Origin: the human T2T-CHM13v2.0 reference genome, Homo sapiens
Strand: one strand, 5' to 3'
Length of the DNA: 64,000 nucleotides
Assembly (NCBI RefSeq): GCF_009914755.1
Contig: NC_060927.1
Made by a program: the position numbers and the translations under genes. The notes beneath the pieces are model-generated. The model did not search any database. It was not told the origin of the DNA and worked only from the letters and a program-made list of their open reading frames with translations. The first letter of the stretch is position 1. The number at the start of each line of letters is the position of its first letter. Positions 1 to 13,559 of this stretch are shown piece by piece.

Positions 1-519
1 ATTCTAAGGAAAACTACTTGAAAAAAATGAAGGATCACTTAACTATACTTAGAATTCAGAGTGAGTGCAACTATATTGTCTATTAAAAATCACTAAGTGT
101 TCCAAAGAAAGAGTTGAGAAAATGAAGTACAAACTCTCTTTCTACTTATTCACTAAGTATTTCATATTCAGCTATTCATTCTTGAGTCAAAGTAACTTGA
201 GTCAAAGTAACTGACTTGACTAAATTCAATACACTTAGAATTAAGAACAGTTTACAGTTAGATGTGTGGCTAGGCCTGCCATGGTAAAATGAAATGGCAG
301 TTATTAGAATTTTCAGAAGAAAAGATCAGGTAATTTTTCAGGGATGTAAGTGAAATCTGTCAAAATGGCAGTGAGCTCAGAGGAATGTTACTGCACTTGA
401 GAACTACTTTTGGAATGACTCATTAATAATTTAGTTAGACTGTCAACGATGCTCTCCAATTACTCAAATACTACTAGAAAACATTTCATTAGGAGATTTA
501 AATAAACTCTTCCTGCCTC

Positions 520-812
520 ATGCTCATTACTCCCCATGTTTGCCCAAAAGAAATCAGGCCCAAGTTAAAAGCTGCCCCTCCAGAAACATTTCCTTGGTTT
601 CCCTTCCAGTGAGAGGTGGCATCTCCTTCTCCCAAACTCCTGTGGCATGAGGCACATATCTCATTTACTTAATTAGACTGCAAGTGCTTGGAAGGCAGGC
701 TCCACATTCAACTGAGCCTGGCATTTGCACTCTCTAACTTCCCACCACATAGAGCTCCTAGCACAATACTCTGAAAAGAGTACTCACTCAGCAAGTGTTA
801 GTGAATGAGTGA
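520..812 (+). mobile_element. L2 LINE 3' end (degraded)
   Basis: tagactgcaag...gaaggcagg...cctagcaca...gtgaatgagtga resembles the L2 3' terminus. Confidence 0.6.
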
Positions 813-1222
813 GGGGATAAATGCAGGCTTGAGGGGTTCCGTCTGGTGTTTCTGGCATATCCCAAAGCCCAGTTATTTGTTAAAAATTTTATGTGAACCC
901 TCCAAACACATTAGGTTGATATCGAAGTTTCACAGAGTCATCTCATGGTGATTCTTGGTAATGAAGTTCACTTGGGTCAACAATAATCTAGAATGTGTAT
1001 CTACATCTCTTTCAATGTGCTCCACTTGAAAAATATTAACCAAGTATTTCTTTCTCTTTTAAAAGCTAACTCATTTCATTTAACAGCATCTATAACTGTC
1101 AGAACTTTGGCAGACTTTGTGAAAAGTATCACTTTAACTGTCTGAATTAAAAATTAATCACAAAAGTCTTCCTTTGTTTTGTTTTTACTACTTAAACTCC
1201 CTATTGATAAAGAAAAAGTCCG

Positions 1223-1529
1223 TTTTTTTTTTGTTGTTGTTGTTTCTTGAGACAGGATCTCATTCTGTCACCCAGGCTGAAGTGCAATAACACAGTCACA
1301 TCCCAGGAGCCTCCAGCTCGTGGGCTCAAGTAATCCTCCCACCTCAGCCTCCCGGGTAGCTGGGACTACAGGCGTGCGCCACTACACCCAGCTAATTTTT
1401 AAAATTTTTAGTAGCTACTAGGTCTCTCTACTTTGCCCAGGCTGGTCTGGAACTTCTGAGCTCAAGAGAATCTTCTGCCTTGGTCTCCCAAAGTGCTGGG
1501 ATTATAGGTGTGAGCCACTGCACCTGGCC
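1223..1529 (-). mobile_element. AluJ-type SINE
   Basis: Poly-T then gagacaggatctcattctgtcacccaggctg...gagccactgcacctggcc; J-type gggctcaag. Confidence 0.93.
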
Positions 1530-2434
1530 TTGATGTTTTTTTGTTTGCTTATTTTTAAGATCGTTGGAGTCTTTTCCCCATAATACAAAAAAAATGCAGT
1601 TATTGCATTTGCTAGGAGAGAAAATTCCTGTACTTTAAAATTATATTTTACAATGACTGCTTCCAACCTCCACCACTCCTCCCACCTAATACCATTGGGG
1701 CTAGAAGTGGGGATGATCCTCTTGATCATTTTTGCCTCATTTTACATGATAAATTATCAAACTTTTGCATTTTTTTAAAAAAGGCAGTTCCAAAGACTCA
1801 ACACAAAGTTACCTAAGGAATTTCCTTCTCTGGATCTGCTTGTCCAGGAGTTGAAATGTTCATTAAGTTCATCAGGCAGGCAGTTCAGGAACTCTGGATG
1901 AAAGTCAGCTCAAACCCAAGGAGACTGCCAACTTCCCTTTCTTGAAAACCCTCCTGCATACAAAGTCTCATTCCTCTCAACAGTTTGCTCATTTTTGTCT
2001 TCTGGAAAGTAAGTTCATTTGTTCATGCTACGTTAGTGGAAGTAAACAACCCCTACTGAGCCCCCAGCTTCACTGCTGGCTTATAATGCACTATTCCCCA
2101 AAGTGGTGGTTCTTATTTCTGAAGACGGGCTTCCTCACCCATCTTGTCCCATCAGATAACTTAGAGTTTGGTGCAAGCCTTGCAAATCATGTAGTAACAG
2201 CCCCTCATTGTAGCAGCTAGAATACGGAGGCCGAGAAAGATCCATCGATGTGCCCCTTGCACGACACTGCTTACTAGTAGCCAAGTGCAGCCTAGAACGC
2301 AGGCCTCCTGGCCACGAGTTCTGTGTTCTTTCTTACCTAGCCTGGTGCTTACAGCTCTCCTAGGAGTAAAGTGGCAAGCCCCAATAGTGTTGCTGAGTGC
2401 CAGGCATGAAGCCAGGCAAGAATTAGGTCCTCCA

Positions 2435-2605
2435 CACACTTGCTACTCAAAGTGCGTGCCACGGACCATCAGCATCTGCCCCATCTGGAAACAAGTTAGA
2501 AATGTAGAGTCCCAGGCCTCCCCTGAGACCTGCTATATCAGACTCTGCTCTTTAACCATATCCCCAGGAGACTCACAAGCACATTAAAGTTTGAGAAGTG
2601 TTGCT
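2435..2605. mobile_element. MER5A-like hAT-Charlie MITE
   Basis: ctactcaaagtgcgtgcc...ttagaaatgtaga...cacattaaagtttgagaagtg. Confidence 0.8.
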
Positions 2606-3019
2606 CCACAGCAGGGAGAAAAAAAAAAAAAGATACACCTTCACTTTTTGAGTTAAGCTCAGGCCAAGTCCTGAGCTCATGTCACCGCCTATGGCAGATC
2701 ACACTGAAGGATGTGCCAGTGATCTGACCCAAATGGACTTGTCTCCTTTAAACACTAAGGCCACTCGGATAATCTGCAGAATAGAATCCCTGGAGCCCAG
2801 TGGATGCCTTATAGAATCCATACAACTCATTTGTCTGTTTTGTTTCCTTGCTGAAATTCTGATTTACTTACTGACTACTGAGGGGTAAAATGGGGGAAAG
2901 GTTGAGTAATAAAAGTACTTCTTTATGGAAGATCAAAGATATCCTCCCCCACTTTCTTTTCCTAAAGTGGTTCTCCACAAGAATTGTGGGTAAAGGAACT
3001 CAGCACGTGCTTCATGCCA

Positions 3020-3235
3020 GGATTAAGAATGCAGGTACGGGAGACAGCCTTCCTGGGAGCAAGGCAGAACTCTGCTTGCTGCCATCCGTGTGACCTTGAC
3101 AACTCAACATTTGTGTCTCAGTTTTCTCACCTTTAAAATGGGAACAAAGATGACACTTATTTCATAGCCATATGATACAGATGAAATGATAATGATCAAG
3201 CCTCACATACAGTGAGTGCTCACTAAATATAAGCT
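3020..3235 (+). mobile_element. MIR SINE
   Basis: Core gtgtgaccttgac...ctcagttttctcacctttaaaatggg. Confidence 0.75.
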
Positions 3236-3352
3236 ACTGTCATTATACATATCCTATGTGTCAGTGTCACTCAAAACCACTGTGGCCCCCAATCTTCTCA
3301 TGATTGACCCAGATAATGATCAACAGCCAATCAACCTAAAGGAACCAATAAT

Positions 3353-3803
<451 letters not shown>

Positions 3804-4972
3804 GAGAGAGAGAGAGAAAGACAAACTAATACACATAAAAGGCAGACACTGAGAAAAGTCTTGCCCTACCAAAACATGTGTGAATTCTGGGTTCGAGCAA
3901 AAACATGCACCACCTTTCACTTTGAATTCTAATGTGTGTTGACGTAATGTGTGTTGATGTAGAGTAAGAGCCCCAGAGCTTGATCAACCATGAAGAAATA
4001 AAGGAAAGGAAAGGAAAGAGGAGTCAGTCTTAGACACGCAACCTCATGCCTCACAGCTGTCCCTTATGAGCACACCAGCCAAATGCTTTGTCTACCTGCA
4101 AAGTGACTTTAAAAGGAGAGAACAAGGAGGAGCTGCTCTGTACTCCCTTTTTAAAATGTGGCACATGCTGTCATTCCTTCTATGATAGTTGGCCAAAAGA
4201 CAAATCTGATTTCCTTTCCCAGACTTCATTTTAATTTTTATTTTTATGAAAGCAGGAAAAACATACTGCTCTCTCCATCCCATCCTCACTGTTTTTTTTT
4301 TTTTAAAAAAAAAATTAATATTGTTCCTTTTGAAAGACTAACCCCACTTCTCTTTTCTTAATTAGGCTCAACTGAAATATAGGCATAAGCATTCAACTGG
4401 GCAAGCCAAACTGAAAAACATCCCCAAGCCCTGAAAATCTAAATCAAGACCAAACCAATTATAGCATTTTATTTAGGTGGTGTTTATTTTTTGTATTTTT
4501 TTAACTGTCAAGTGATTGACAGAATTTATGGTAGGCGCAAAATGTTAAAGTATTTCTAGACTTTGCGGGAAGACATTAAGTTTGTCTATAGCCTCTAAAC
4601 AAAATTATTTGTTTTCCAGTCATGCCTTTCAGTTTAAAAGTATTGCACTTTTACTAGCCACATCATTCTGGGCATATGCTTCTTCTGAGGAGACATTTTT
4701 CTAGCTGAGTTTAATCCAGTGAGTTAAAAGAGGGAAAGAATGTAAAATGGAACTCTCTACTTGCAGTTGGACATGCATTTGTTTTTCATCGCAGGATGCT
4801 AGGAAAGAAACCTCTCTGGTTGTCTAACTTTTTGCCTCACCTGTCTGAGGGCTGAGGCCCTGAGGACAGCGTGCAAATTTCAACCCCCAACCCCATCCTC
4901 TCACTTCCCCTCCTCTATTGAGCATAACTTAGCCGCAACAGGATGCTACCCATTCACCCGTGGAGGCCTTAC

Positions 4973-5159
4973 CTGTCGGTTTTCTTGATCAGGATGGCTC
5001 TAAAGATGTGCTCCAGGGGCGTCTTCTCCCGCTCATGGGTGGGCTGCACGAAGGGGTGCAGGGCCGCCAGCGAGAAGCCCTGCTGGTACAGCTCCAGGAG
5101 CTGGGCGGGCAGGTCACGCAGGGAGGCCAGCCTCACTGCTGAGGACCCAGGGAGCTCCG
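4973..5159 (-). CDS. RFTN1: Raftlin (raft-linking protein) internal coding exon, 187 nt, phase 1 to phase 2 (likely exon 3)
   Basis: Minus strand reads ctctcctctctccactccAG|CGGAGCTC...AAAACCGACAG|GTaagg, i.e. polypyrimidine tract + AG acceptor and GT donor. The open frame is (A)ELPGSSAVRLASLRDLPAQLLELYQQGFSLAALHPFVQPTHEREKTPLEHIFRAILIKKTD(R), matching the remembered N-terminal region of human RFTN1. GC/CpG-rich relative to its flanks. Confidence 0.96.
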
Positions 5160-5350
5160 CTGGAGTGGAGAGAGGAGAGGCTCATCAAAGACCCATCACA
5201 ACGCCCACTCAGCCCTGCCCAAACCCCTCTTCCCTTGCCCTCGGGGAGGATCCTCTAGGTCACTGCTAAAATGAGTTTGTCCCAGTTTTTACTGTCTTCA
5301 AACAGACTTTATAAGCAGCCTGTCGTTTTCCAAATCACCCAAAGGCATTA

Positions 5351-5700
<350 letters not shown>

Positions 5701-6377
5701 GGACTGTCTTAGATCTAGAGTCGTCTTATCAGTGATCACAATGAAAAAGTCATTTCCACCCTCTAAAAAAAAACACACAGAAATAAAGAAAGAAAGGAAG
5801 AAGGGAAGGGAAAAGAAGAAAAATACATTGAGCAAATATAAAAATACTAGGTGGCAAAAAGCAGCATAAACAAAGTCAAAAGACAAACTGGAACAAAATT
5901 TCTGTGACCCTTAAGACAAAGGGCTAATTTCCTTAAATTTGCAAAACACTCCCCACCCCAAAATAATTTTTAAACGGGAAAAATATATGAATAGGCAATT
6001 GCCTTAAAAGTGTAAAAGGCTAACCAATATTTGAAAACACACTTTAATTCAGCATTAGAATTACACAAATAAAAACCAGGAATATTTTCACCTATTGAAT
6101 TATTTTAAAATTTGGATTTTTAATTTATTTATTTTTGAGAAGGGCAAACAACGTTCAAAAGTCAAAAGGTACAAATGTGTATTCAGTGAAAAGTCTACAT
6201 CCTAGCCCTATCCTCTACCTCCTACATTTATTTCCTTAGAGGAAATCAGTATTATCTTTTTGTGTGTATATGCATTAACAATCAAAGAATTCATACAAAA
6301 GTGAACAGGTCTATATATTTCCCTCCTCTTCTACACAAATGTCAGCATAACATTACACACCTAGCTTTTTAGAATCA

Positions 6378-6740
<363 letters not shown>

Positions 6741-6944
6741 TCATAGCAGTACACAGAGTGCTTTCTCATTCTTTTCTACAGATCCATTGTGTGATATACC
6801 ATGGAGTATGCAAACTTTTGCTCTTACAAGTAATCTTTTAGTGAAAAATCTCATTCCTACATGATTTTGCATGTGTGCGCTTATAGTACATATACAAAAT
6901 AAATTCCTAGATGTGGAATTGCTGGGTTAAAAATATATGCATTG

Positions 6945-7025
6945 TGTGCCTGTATCAAAACATCTCATGTACCCTATAAATATATACACCTACTATGTAC
7001 CCACAAAAAGTAAATAAATAAAAAA
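6945..7025 (+). mobile_element. L1MA1-3-type extreme 3' fragment
   Basis: tgcctgtatcaaaacatctcatgtaccctataaatatatacacctactatgtacccacaaaa plus A-tail. Confidence 0.8.
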
Positions 7026-7470
7026 TCAGAGACGTAAATATATATATATATATATATATCACACACATATGTATGTGTGCATTGTAATTTTTTCAGCTAG
7101 TGCTATTTCCCCCATAGAGTATTATGGATTTATCTGCCATCAGTGATGTATAAAGTTATTTCTTTTCCCATACTCTGACTATTCTCAGTGGAAAAAAAAG
7201 ATCCCTGTGAGATGGTAACTTATATTTATCTTATTATGTAATTTGTATTTTTTCTTATTAAACATTTCATATTTAAATGCTGTGTCTCCTTGTCTGTGAA
7301 CTGTCTGTCCATTATCTTTGCCTCGTGTCCTATTTAGTCATTGGGCTTTTTTTCTATTGGTTTGTAAGAACCCTTTACATATTAGGAAATTTAGTTTTTG
7401 ATGTATCTGCCCCCAATTTGTTGCTTGCCTTTTGACTTTGCATATAGTGGGTTTTGCCATGAAAAAAAAA

Positions 7471-7572
7471 TTTTTTTTTTTTTAAGTCAAAGTCTCTCTC
7501 TGTTGCCCAGGCTGGAGTGCGGTGGTGCTATCCCCGCTCACTGCAAACTCTACCTCCTGGGTTCAAGTGATT
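7471..7572 (-). mobile_element. 5'-truncated Alu (part of right arm)
   Basis: Poly-T plus right-arm sequence; TSD ccatgaaaaa at 7457-7466 and 7573-7582. Confidence 0.9.
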
Positions 7573-8540
7573 CCATGAAAAACTTTTTAAATGAAGCTGA
7601 ATTTACCAATCTTGCTTTCAATGGCTTCTGAGTTTTGTGTCATAGCAGAAAGACCTGGGATTATAAAACAATTCTCTTGTGAATTCCCATAATACATATT
7701 TCATTTTTTGCATATAAATCTTTTATCGATTTGGAATTTATCCCATGTAAAGTGTGCAATATGAATTGAACACCCCCCCACCACAGGGGTTTATCCATTT
7801 TTCCTCATTGATTTGAGATGCCATATATCATATGCCACTTATCATTTATTATATTCCCAAATATGAGTTTATGACTGTGATCCATTAATCTATTTGTATA
7901 AAACACTACTTCAAACAATTTTAATTTCATATTATGTTTTAATATCTGGTTAAACTACTTGTCAAATCTTCCTATATTCCTGTTTATATTTTGAATTTTC
8001 CTAATTCGTTTTTCTAAATGATCTTTAAAAATCAGCTCAGTAAATTCCCCTTGCTCCACTAAAAAAGTCTGTGGGTACTTTTATTGGGTCATGTTCAAAT
8101 CATAGCTTGACTGAGAATGAATATTTTCACCATGCTACAAGTTCCCATGCAAGAAACTGGCAAAATTTTGATTTGGTCAAGTCTTCCTTTGGGTCCCTCT
8201 GGAGCATGCTAAAGTTTTCTTCACACAGATAGCACATATTTATCAGGTTTATTCCTAGTTATTCTATATTTTATTGCTATTGGAATAATACATTTTCCTT
8301 TTTCACTTCTGTAATATTCACTGCATGCAAGGGTGTTGGGGAAACAGGCATGGCCCTCATCGTGGTGGGAGTGAACCTTTCTTGAGGGCTGTTAGAGCAA
8401 CCTAGTAGTAAATACCTTTGTCCATATATCTTGAAAGACATTCATGAGTCCAGCCATAGACGTACTACCAGTAGTAGGGTTGCTGGACAAAGAGTGTGTG
8501 CATTTTTAGGTTTGAAGGGCAATACCACCCTGCCCTCAAG

Positions 8541-8789
8541 GAGAATCGCTTGAGCCCAGGAGTTTGAGACTAGCCTAGGCAATAGGGCAAAACTCCATCT
8601 GTACAAAAAAATACAAAAATTAACTGAGTGTGGTGGCATGTGCCTGTAGTGCCAGCTACTAGGGAGGCTGAGATGGGAGGATCACTTGAGCCCAGAGAGG
8701 TCAAGGATGCAGTGAGCTGAGATCGCACCACTGCACTCCAGCCTGGGGTGACAGAGTTACTAAATAAATAAATAAATAAATAAATAAAA
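8541..8789 (+). mobile_element. 5'-truncated AluJ with (TAAA)n tail
   Basis: gagaatcgcttgagcccaggag...ccagcctggggtgacagag then (taaa)n. Confidence 0.9.
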
Positions 8790-9425
8790 GATAGGATCGG
8801 TGTTTTTTCCTTTCACTTTAAGCTCCAATACGGCTTGCACAATACTGTCACTGATCTTGTCTTTATTTATTATAAATGTTGCCTCACTCCCCTCACCCTA
8901 ATCCTGGCCCAGCCCAAGATCTCCTTTTGTCCTCTTGTCCCAGAGCCTGCAAATGCTGGGTGTCGACCTTATGGAAACCAGGGGCAGGTTTCATCTGCTG
9001 TCAACAGATTACAAGGCTGCTGAACCAAAAGGGCAAAACCACATGTGGCGGAGACTGTTTGTTTTATTTGAAAAACTGAATGTACTTTTGGTAGGAGTGT
9101 AGGGCTTTATGGAAGGCAACTGCACGTTGTCAATCAAACCTAAAAATACTATCCAGCACCAAGATCCCCTCTCCTTTGATAAAACTATATACAAACAGCA
9201 TCTGTGAGTCATCGAATATGGGCCCTCAAACTCATATTTAACTCAAACTCATATTGGTCTCTACAGTTCAATATTCTTTAAATGATTCAAATTTTTCAAA
9301 CTCTTCCTGCTATAATAAAATAAACCTTTATTGAGAGTTTGATAATTTATACATTTGTTTCCTCTTATGCATCACACTAAAATAAAAAATAAAAGTAGTT
9401 AATATGTTTAGAAGACAGGGTTCTT

Positions 9426-9706
9426 GCTGGGCATGGTGGCTCACGCTTGTAATCGCAGCACTTTAGGAGGCCGAGGCGGGTGGATCATTTGAGAGCAGGA
9501 GTTCGAGACCAGCCTGGCCAACATGGTGAAACCCTGTCTCTACCCAAAATACAAAAATTAGCTGCGCATGTTGGCGTGCACCTATAGTCCCAGCTACTCA
9601 GGGGGCTGAGGAGGGAGGATCACTTGAGTCCAGGAGGCAGAGGTTGCAGTGAGCTGAAATCGTGCCACTGCACTCCAGCCTGGGAGACAGAGTAAGAACT
9701 CTGTCT

Positions 9707-9739
<33 letters not shown>
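9426..9739 (+). mobile_element. Alu (S-like left arm, J-like right arm) with A32 tail
   Basis: Full dimer; TSD agaagacagg(g/t)ttct at 9410-9424 and 9739-9753. Confidence 0.95.
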
Positions 9740-9746
<7 letters not shown>

Positions 9747-11379
9747 GGTTTCTATACCAGCTGCTCTCCTCACTGCCTGCTAACCCCAGTCATGTGAACA
9801 CTCAATTTCTTTGTATAAAATGGTGATAACAACATCAACCTGTCTTCCATCATAGCGTCATTGTGAGGATCACGTGGGATGATGTGTGTGTAATCTACAG
9901 AACACAAAACAATCACAGGCGGTGGCACTGGCTGTGGTGAATGGGAGGACTGGTCACCCCGGGATGGTGATGACAACATGATGTGGGGCCATGAAATCCT
10001 TCCCCATTCCCACCCACACTCCTTAACCTCCATGCTCCCAAATCGGTGCACTAAAAATGTTAGTCAATCAACCACTTTATATTTAAATGCTTCCTGAAAA
10101 AAACATAATACCTTTTAAATTTTTATCTTAAAATCTAAAGATGTATCTCCTGTCAAAGCTGAGCAATTTTGTGGCTTTAATTTTTGGTATGCATGCTGTC
10201 AAAGTAAATTTAGCTTCATGGTTAAAAGAAACAAATAAAAATGAATCTCAATGATCTTAAAGCAATAAAAAAAGGCTCCTATTATAAACATGATTAAAGG
10301 CCTTAATCTCATGTTTCTATTTGAACCCTAACCTTAAAAATACAAAAGAAAACATAGTTCTTATGAAGTGACCAATTCCCCAGTGTTACTCCTAGGCGAA
10401 TAAACAAAGGAATGATTTCTCCACTTGGATGGACATACCAATTGTAGCCTGTTGGTCTGTTTCTCACCCTACTTATCAGAGTAACCTCTCCACTATTTTG
10501 TTTTGTAATAGTTGCCTGATTTCATTTACAAATTATGTAACCTTGGGCAAGCTATATAGCTCCCTCCCCATCTCTTGGGACTCTCATTTACAAAATGAAG
10601 ACTTTGGATGGGCAATTGCAAAAGGCGCTTTCAACTTTAAAATGCAATAATTTTATTATTTCAATTTGGAGGCTGAGGTACCAGTTTCTAACTAAAAAGT
10701 AACATTGGATAATATAACAATTGTTTTCAATGTTAACTAAAAGAGTTCCCCCAAACCAGAGCTAGAATTGGAAGAAGGAACACCCACATGGCATGTGTGG
10801 GTGGCTGGAGTGAGGAAGGAGAGGCTGGAAGATACCCACTGCCAGTGGGCGGGAGAAACATCACTGCTGCCCGAGGGTTCCAGCCTTCTGCCTGCCCAGG
10901 CACTAGGGATTCTGGGCTAACTGTCCTCTGGGGGAGTGTGGGGAGCTTTTCAGAGGAGTTCTAGGGAAGAGATGCCTGCCCAGCGGTGGGAGAGAAAACT
11001 AACGTTTTAAGTATCAAGGATGATGGGTCTCCTTCACCCTAGAAGAGAGCTACAAGGAAACGGCATGAGTTATTCTGTAGTTACTTTGGCTTCCTGGCCT
11101 TTGACCAGGAGCTGACTCTAAGGCTGAACCACATGAACCGTCTCATCATAAGTTAAAATTTCTAATTATAACTTCGTAGTCTGAAGATAAGGGACACTGG
11201 TATGGCTGTCTTAGCCACCGTTACCTTCCAAAAAGAGAAAATGCCAGCCTACTCAGAGTGGGCCGCTGCCGCGAGGGCTGATCACACTTTTTCTCCACTT
11301 TCTAATCTGTCAGGTTCTATAGTTTTTATCTACAGTGATCACACTCGCCTCATCTGGGAAGGACACCCACGTGCTCCCA

Positions 11380-11555
11380 CACTGCCACAATCTTGGCTTA
11401 CTGAAACCTCCGCCTTCTGGACTCAAGTGATCCTCCTGCCTCAGCCCCCTGAGTAGCTGGGACTACAGGTGTGCACCAACATGCTCAGCTAATTTTTGTA
11501 TTTTTAGTAGAGTCAGGGTTTCACTATGTTGGCCAGGCTGGTCTTGAACTCCTGC
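11380..11555 (-). mobile_element. Internal Alu fragment lacking both ends, tail and TSD
   Basis: Reverse complement aligns to Alu mid-region (B-box to mid right arm). Confidence 0.92.
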
Positions 11556-12885
11556 CCATCTTCATCCCATACCAGGGCTTTGTCCTGCTGCAGTGCAAAG
11601 GACAATTCTCTCCTGGCTTCTCCCCTACCTGGGCAGGGGCAGAGTCTCATCTCCTTACTGGACAGAGGGCTTGGTGCAGATCCCAAAGCCATTAACAGAG
11701 GTATCTGCAGGCCAGGAAAATAAAGTAAACAAGAGACATGAGCCAGGGGGACAGCAATGAACACCGAGGCCCCATCTTGCCCAAGGGGACAAGATGGTTA
11801 CTGCTAATGGGGGGGGGGCCCAATGGTGCCAGAACTTCTAACTCTTACTTTCAAGAAGTCAGAAATCTTAATCTTCCTAATCTTTAAATGTGACAAGTAA
11901 CTGTAATTTTTTTCTCAATCCCATATGGCCAAAGTCAAGACCTAGCAGCCTGCAGAGTATGGATGGGGCATTTGATAAAGTTGGGGGATGGATGCCCCGC
12001 ACTTCTTCCTATTTCTGATCCTGCCACTGTCCAGGCGCAGTGTGAGCATCAGTCATACATGGAGGAGGATGTCATTCTGTTCATCCCACATCATCACAAG
12101 GTACATCAAAAGCTTCAAGGACACATCTGCAGGTATTTGATACTGGCCTCTATTTCCTAATTCCTCTTTTTTCTATATTGGCACTGAGATGAACAAAAAG
12201 TTTAGAATCACATGATTGCATTTTGAATCTTTTGGAAATATTTTTTTTTATTCCAGACTCTATTACCAATAACAGGCTTTTATAAAATCAAAATATAGAA
12301 ACTACTGCTGAAAAGGTATTTTGGGTGGCATGAGAGTCCAAACGTCTTTTGAAATAAGTGTTTTGTTTTTCTTTCAGAAAATAACTCCATATAAATAAAT
12401 AAACCATTATTCCAAGAACTAAAAAAAAAAAAAAAAAAAAAGGAAAAGAAAGGAATGAAAACAGAGAAAAAACATAATCCACAAAACCACACATTTCTTA
12501 ACACTCCTGGGATAAAGTAAATTTTGTTTTTGCTATGACTATGTTTTGTTTAGCAAAAACATTCCACAGCTCCATTTATTCCCTGGAAACGAAGCCCTTC
12601 AGACATTTGCAAAGGGCCAAAGTGAGGTCTTTGCTATTTCAAACTTGATTATTGGGAAAGTATCAGCCTCCAACACAAGAAAGAAACCACCGCATACAGC
12701 AACTGCCCATTTCACTCAGCTCTGTAAAGCAGGAAACAGCAGGCTGAACTGCAACAGCTTCTATTATTTTGCCCAGAAATCATTTGTGACTTTAACCTAA
12801 TTATTCAAAGTCTGACTTTGGTCTTCTAATTACATCCGCTAATGGATCTGTCAATACGAAGGAGTGCAACATGAGACAGACACCA

Positions 12886-12914
12886 ATTCCCTCGGGAAAT
12901 TTCCCTCACAGGTG
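12886..12914. promoter_or_regulatory. Candidate composite EBF1 / NF-kB / E-box site
   Basis: ATTCCCTCGGGAAA (TCCCNNGGGA) overlaps palindrome GGGAAATTTCCC and is followed by CAGGTG; motif match only. Confidence 0.4.
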
Positions 12915-13246
12915 AAGCTGATAATGTTACACTGCTCAACCAAATCTCTCTTTTTTAAAAAGTTCCTTCAAGACTGCTAGTGCCATAACATCAATCTGCC
13001 TGGGCTTTGCAGTAGATCCAATTTAGCAAAACACTAAAATCAATCACTTTTTGATGCAGGACTTTTTATTGTATAGGTAGGAAATAGGAGTCCAATTTTT
13101 AAAATAATGTTTGCAGAAGACAAAGCCCATGTCTTCTGTATGTGCCATTTCTAAATCTGTGGAATAAGTTAAAATGTTTGTTCTAAGGGCTTTAAAAATT
13201 TAGACTTCTGTCATCTTCTCATTAAACAAACTCATGTATCTGAAAC

Positions 13247-13279
<33 letters not shown>

Positions 13280-13319
13280 CACATATCCAGGCTCAGGAGA
13301 CCACACCATTAAAACACTA

Positions 13320-13540
13320 TTTTTAAAATTTGAAGTGAAATTTCCATAACATAAAATTAATCATTTTAAAGTGAACTATTTGGTGGCGTTTAGTATCTTC
13401 ATGATGTTGCACAACCATCAGCTCTATCTATAGGTTATGAAACATTTTCATCACCCCCAAAGGAAACTCCATGTCCATTAAGCAGTTACTCTTCCCATTC
13501 CCCTCTCTCCCCGAGCCCTAGCAATCAATAACATGCTTTC
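13320..13540 (-). mobile_element. L1MB-type 3' end fragment
   Basis: ataacataaaattaatcattttaaagtg...aacattttcatcacccccaaaggaaac. Confidence 0.8.
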
Positions 13541-13559
13541 ACAAAAAAAAACTATTCTT

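Noticed and set aside
4943-5269. Plus-strand ORFs of 108 aa and 60 aa
   Set aside because: Antisense shadows of the GC-rich RFTN1 exon; the splice signals and recognisable protein are on the - strand.
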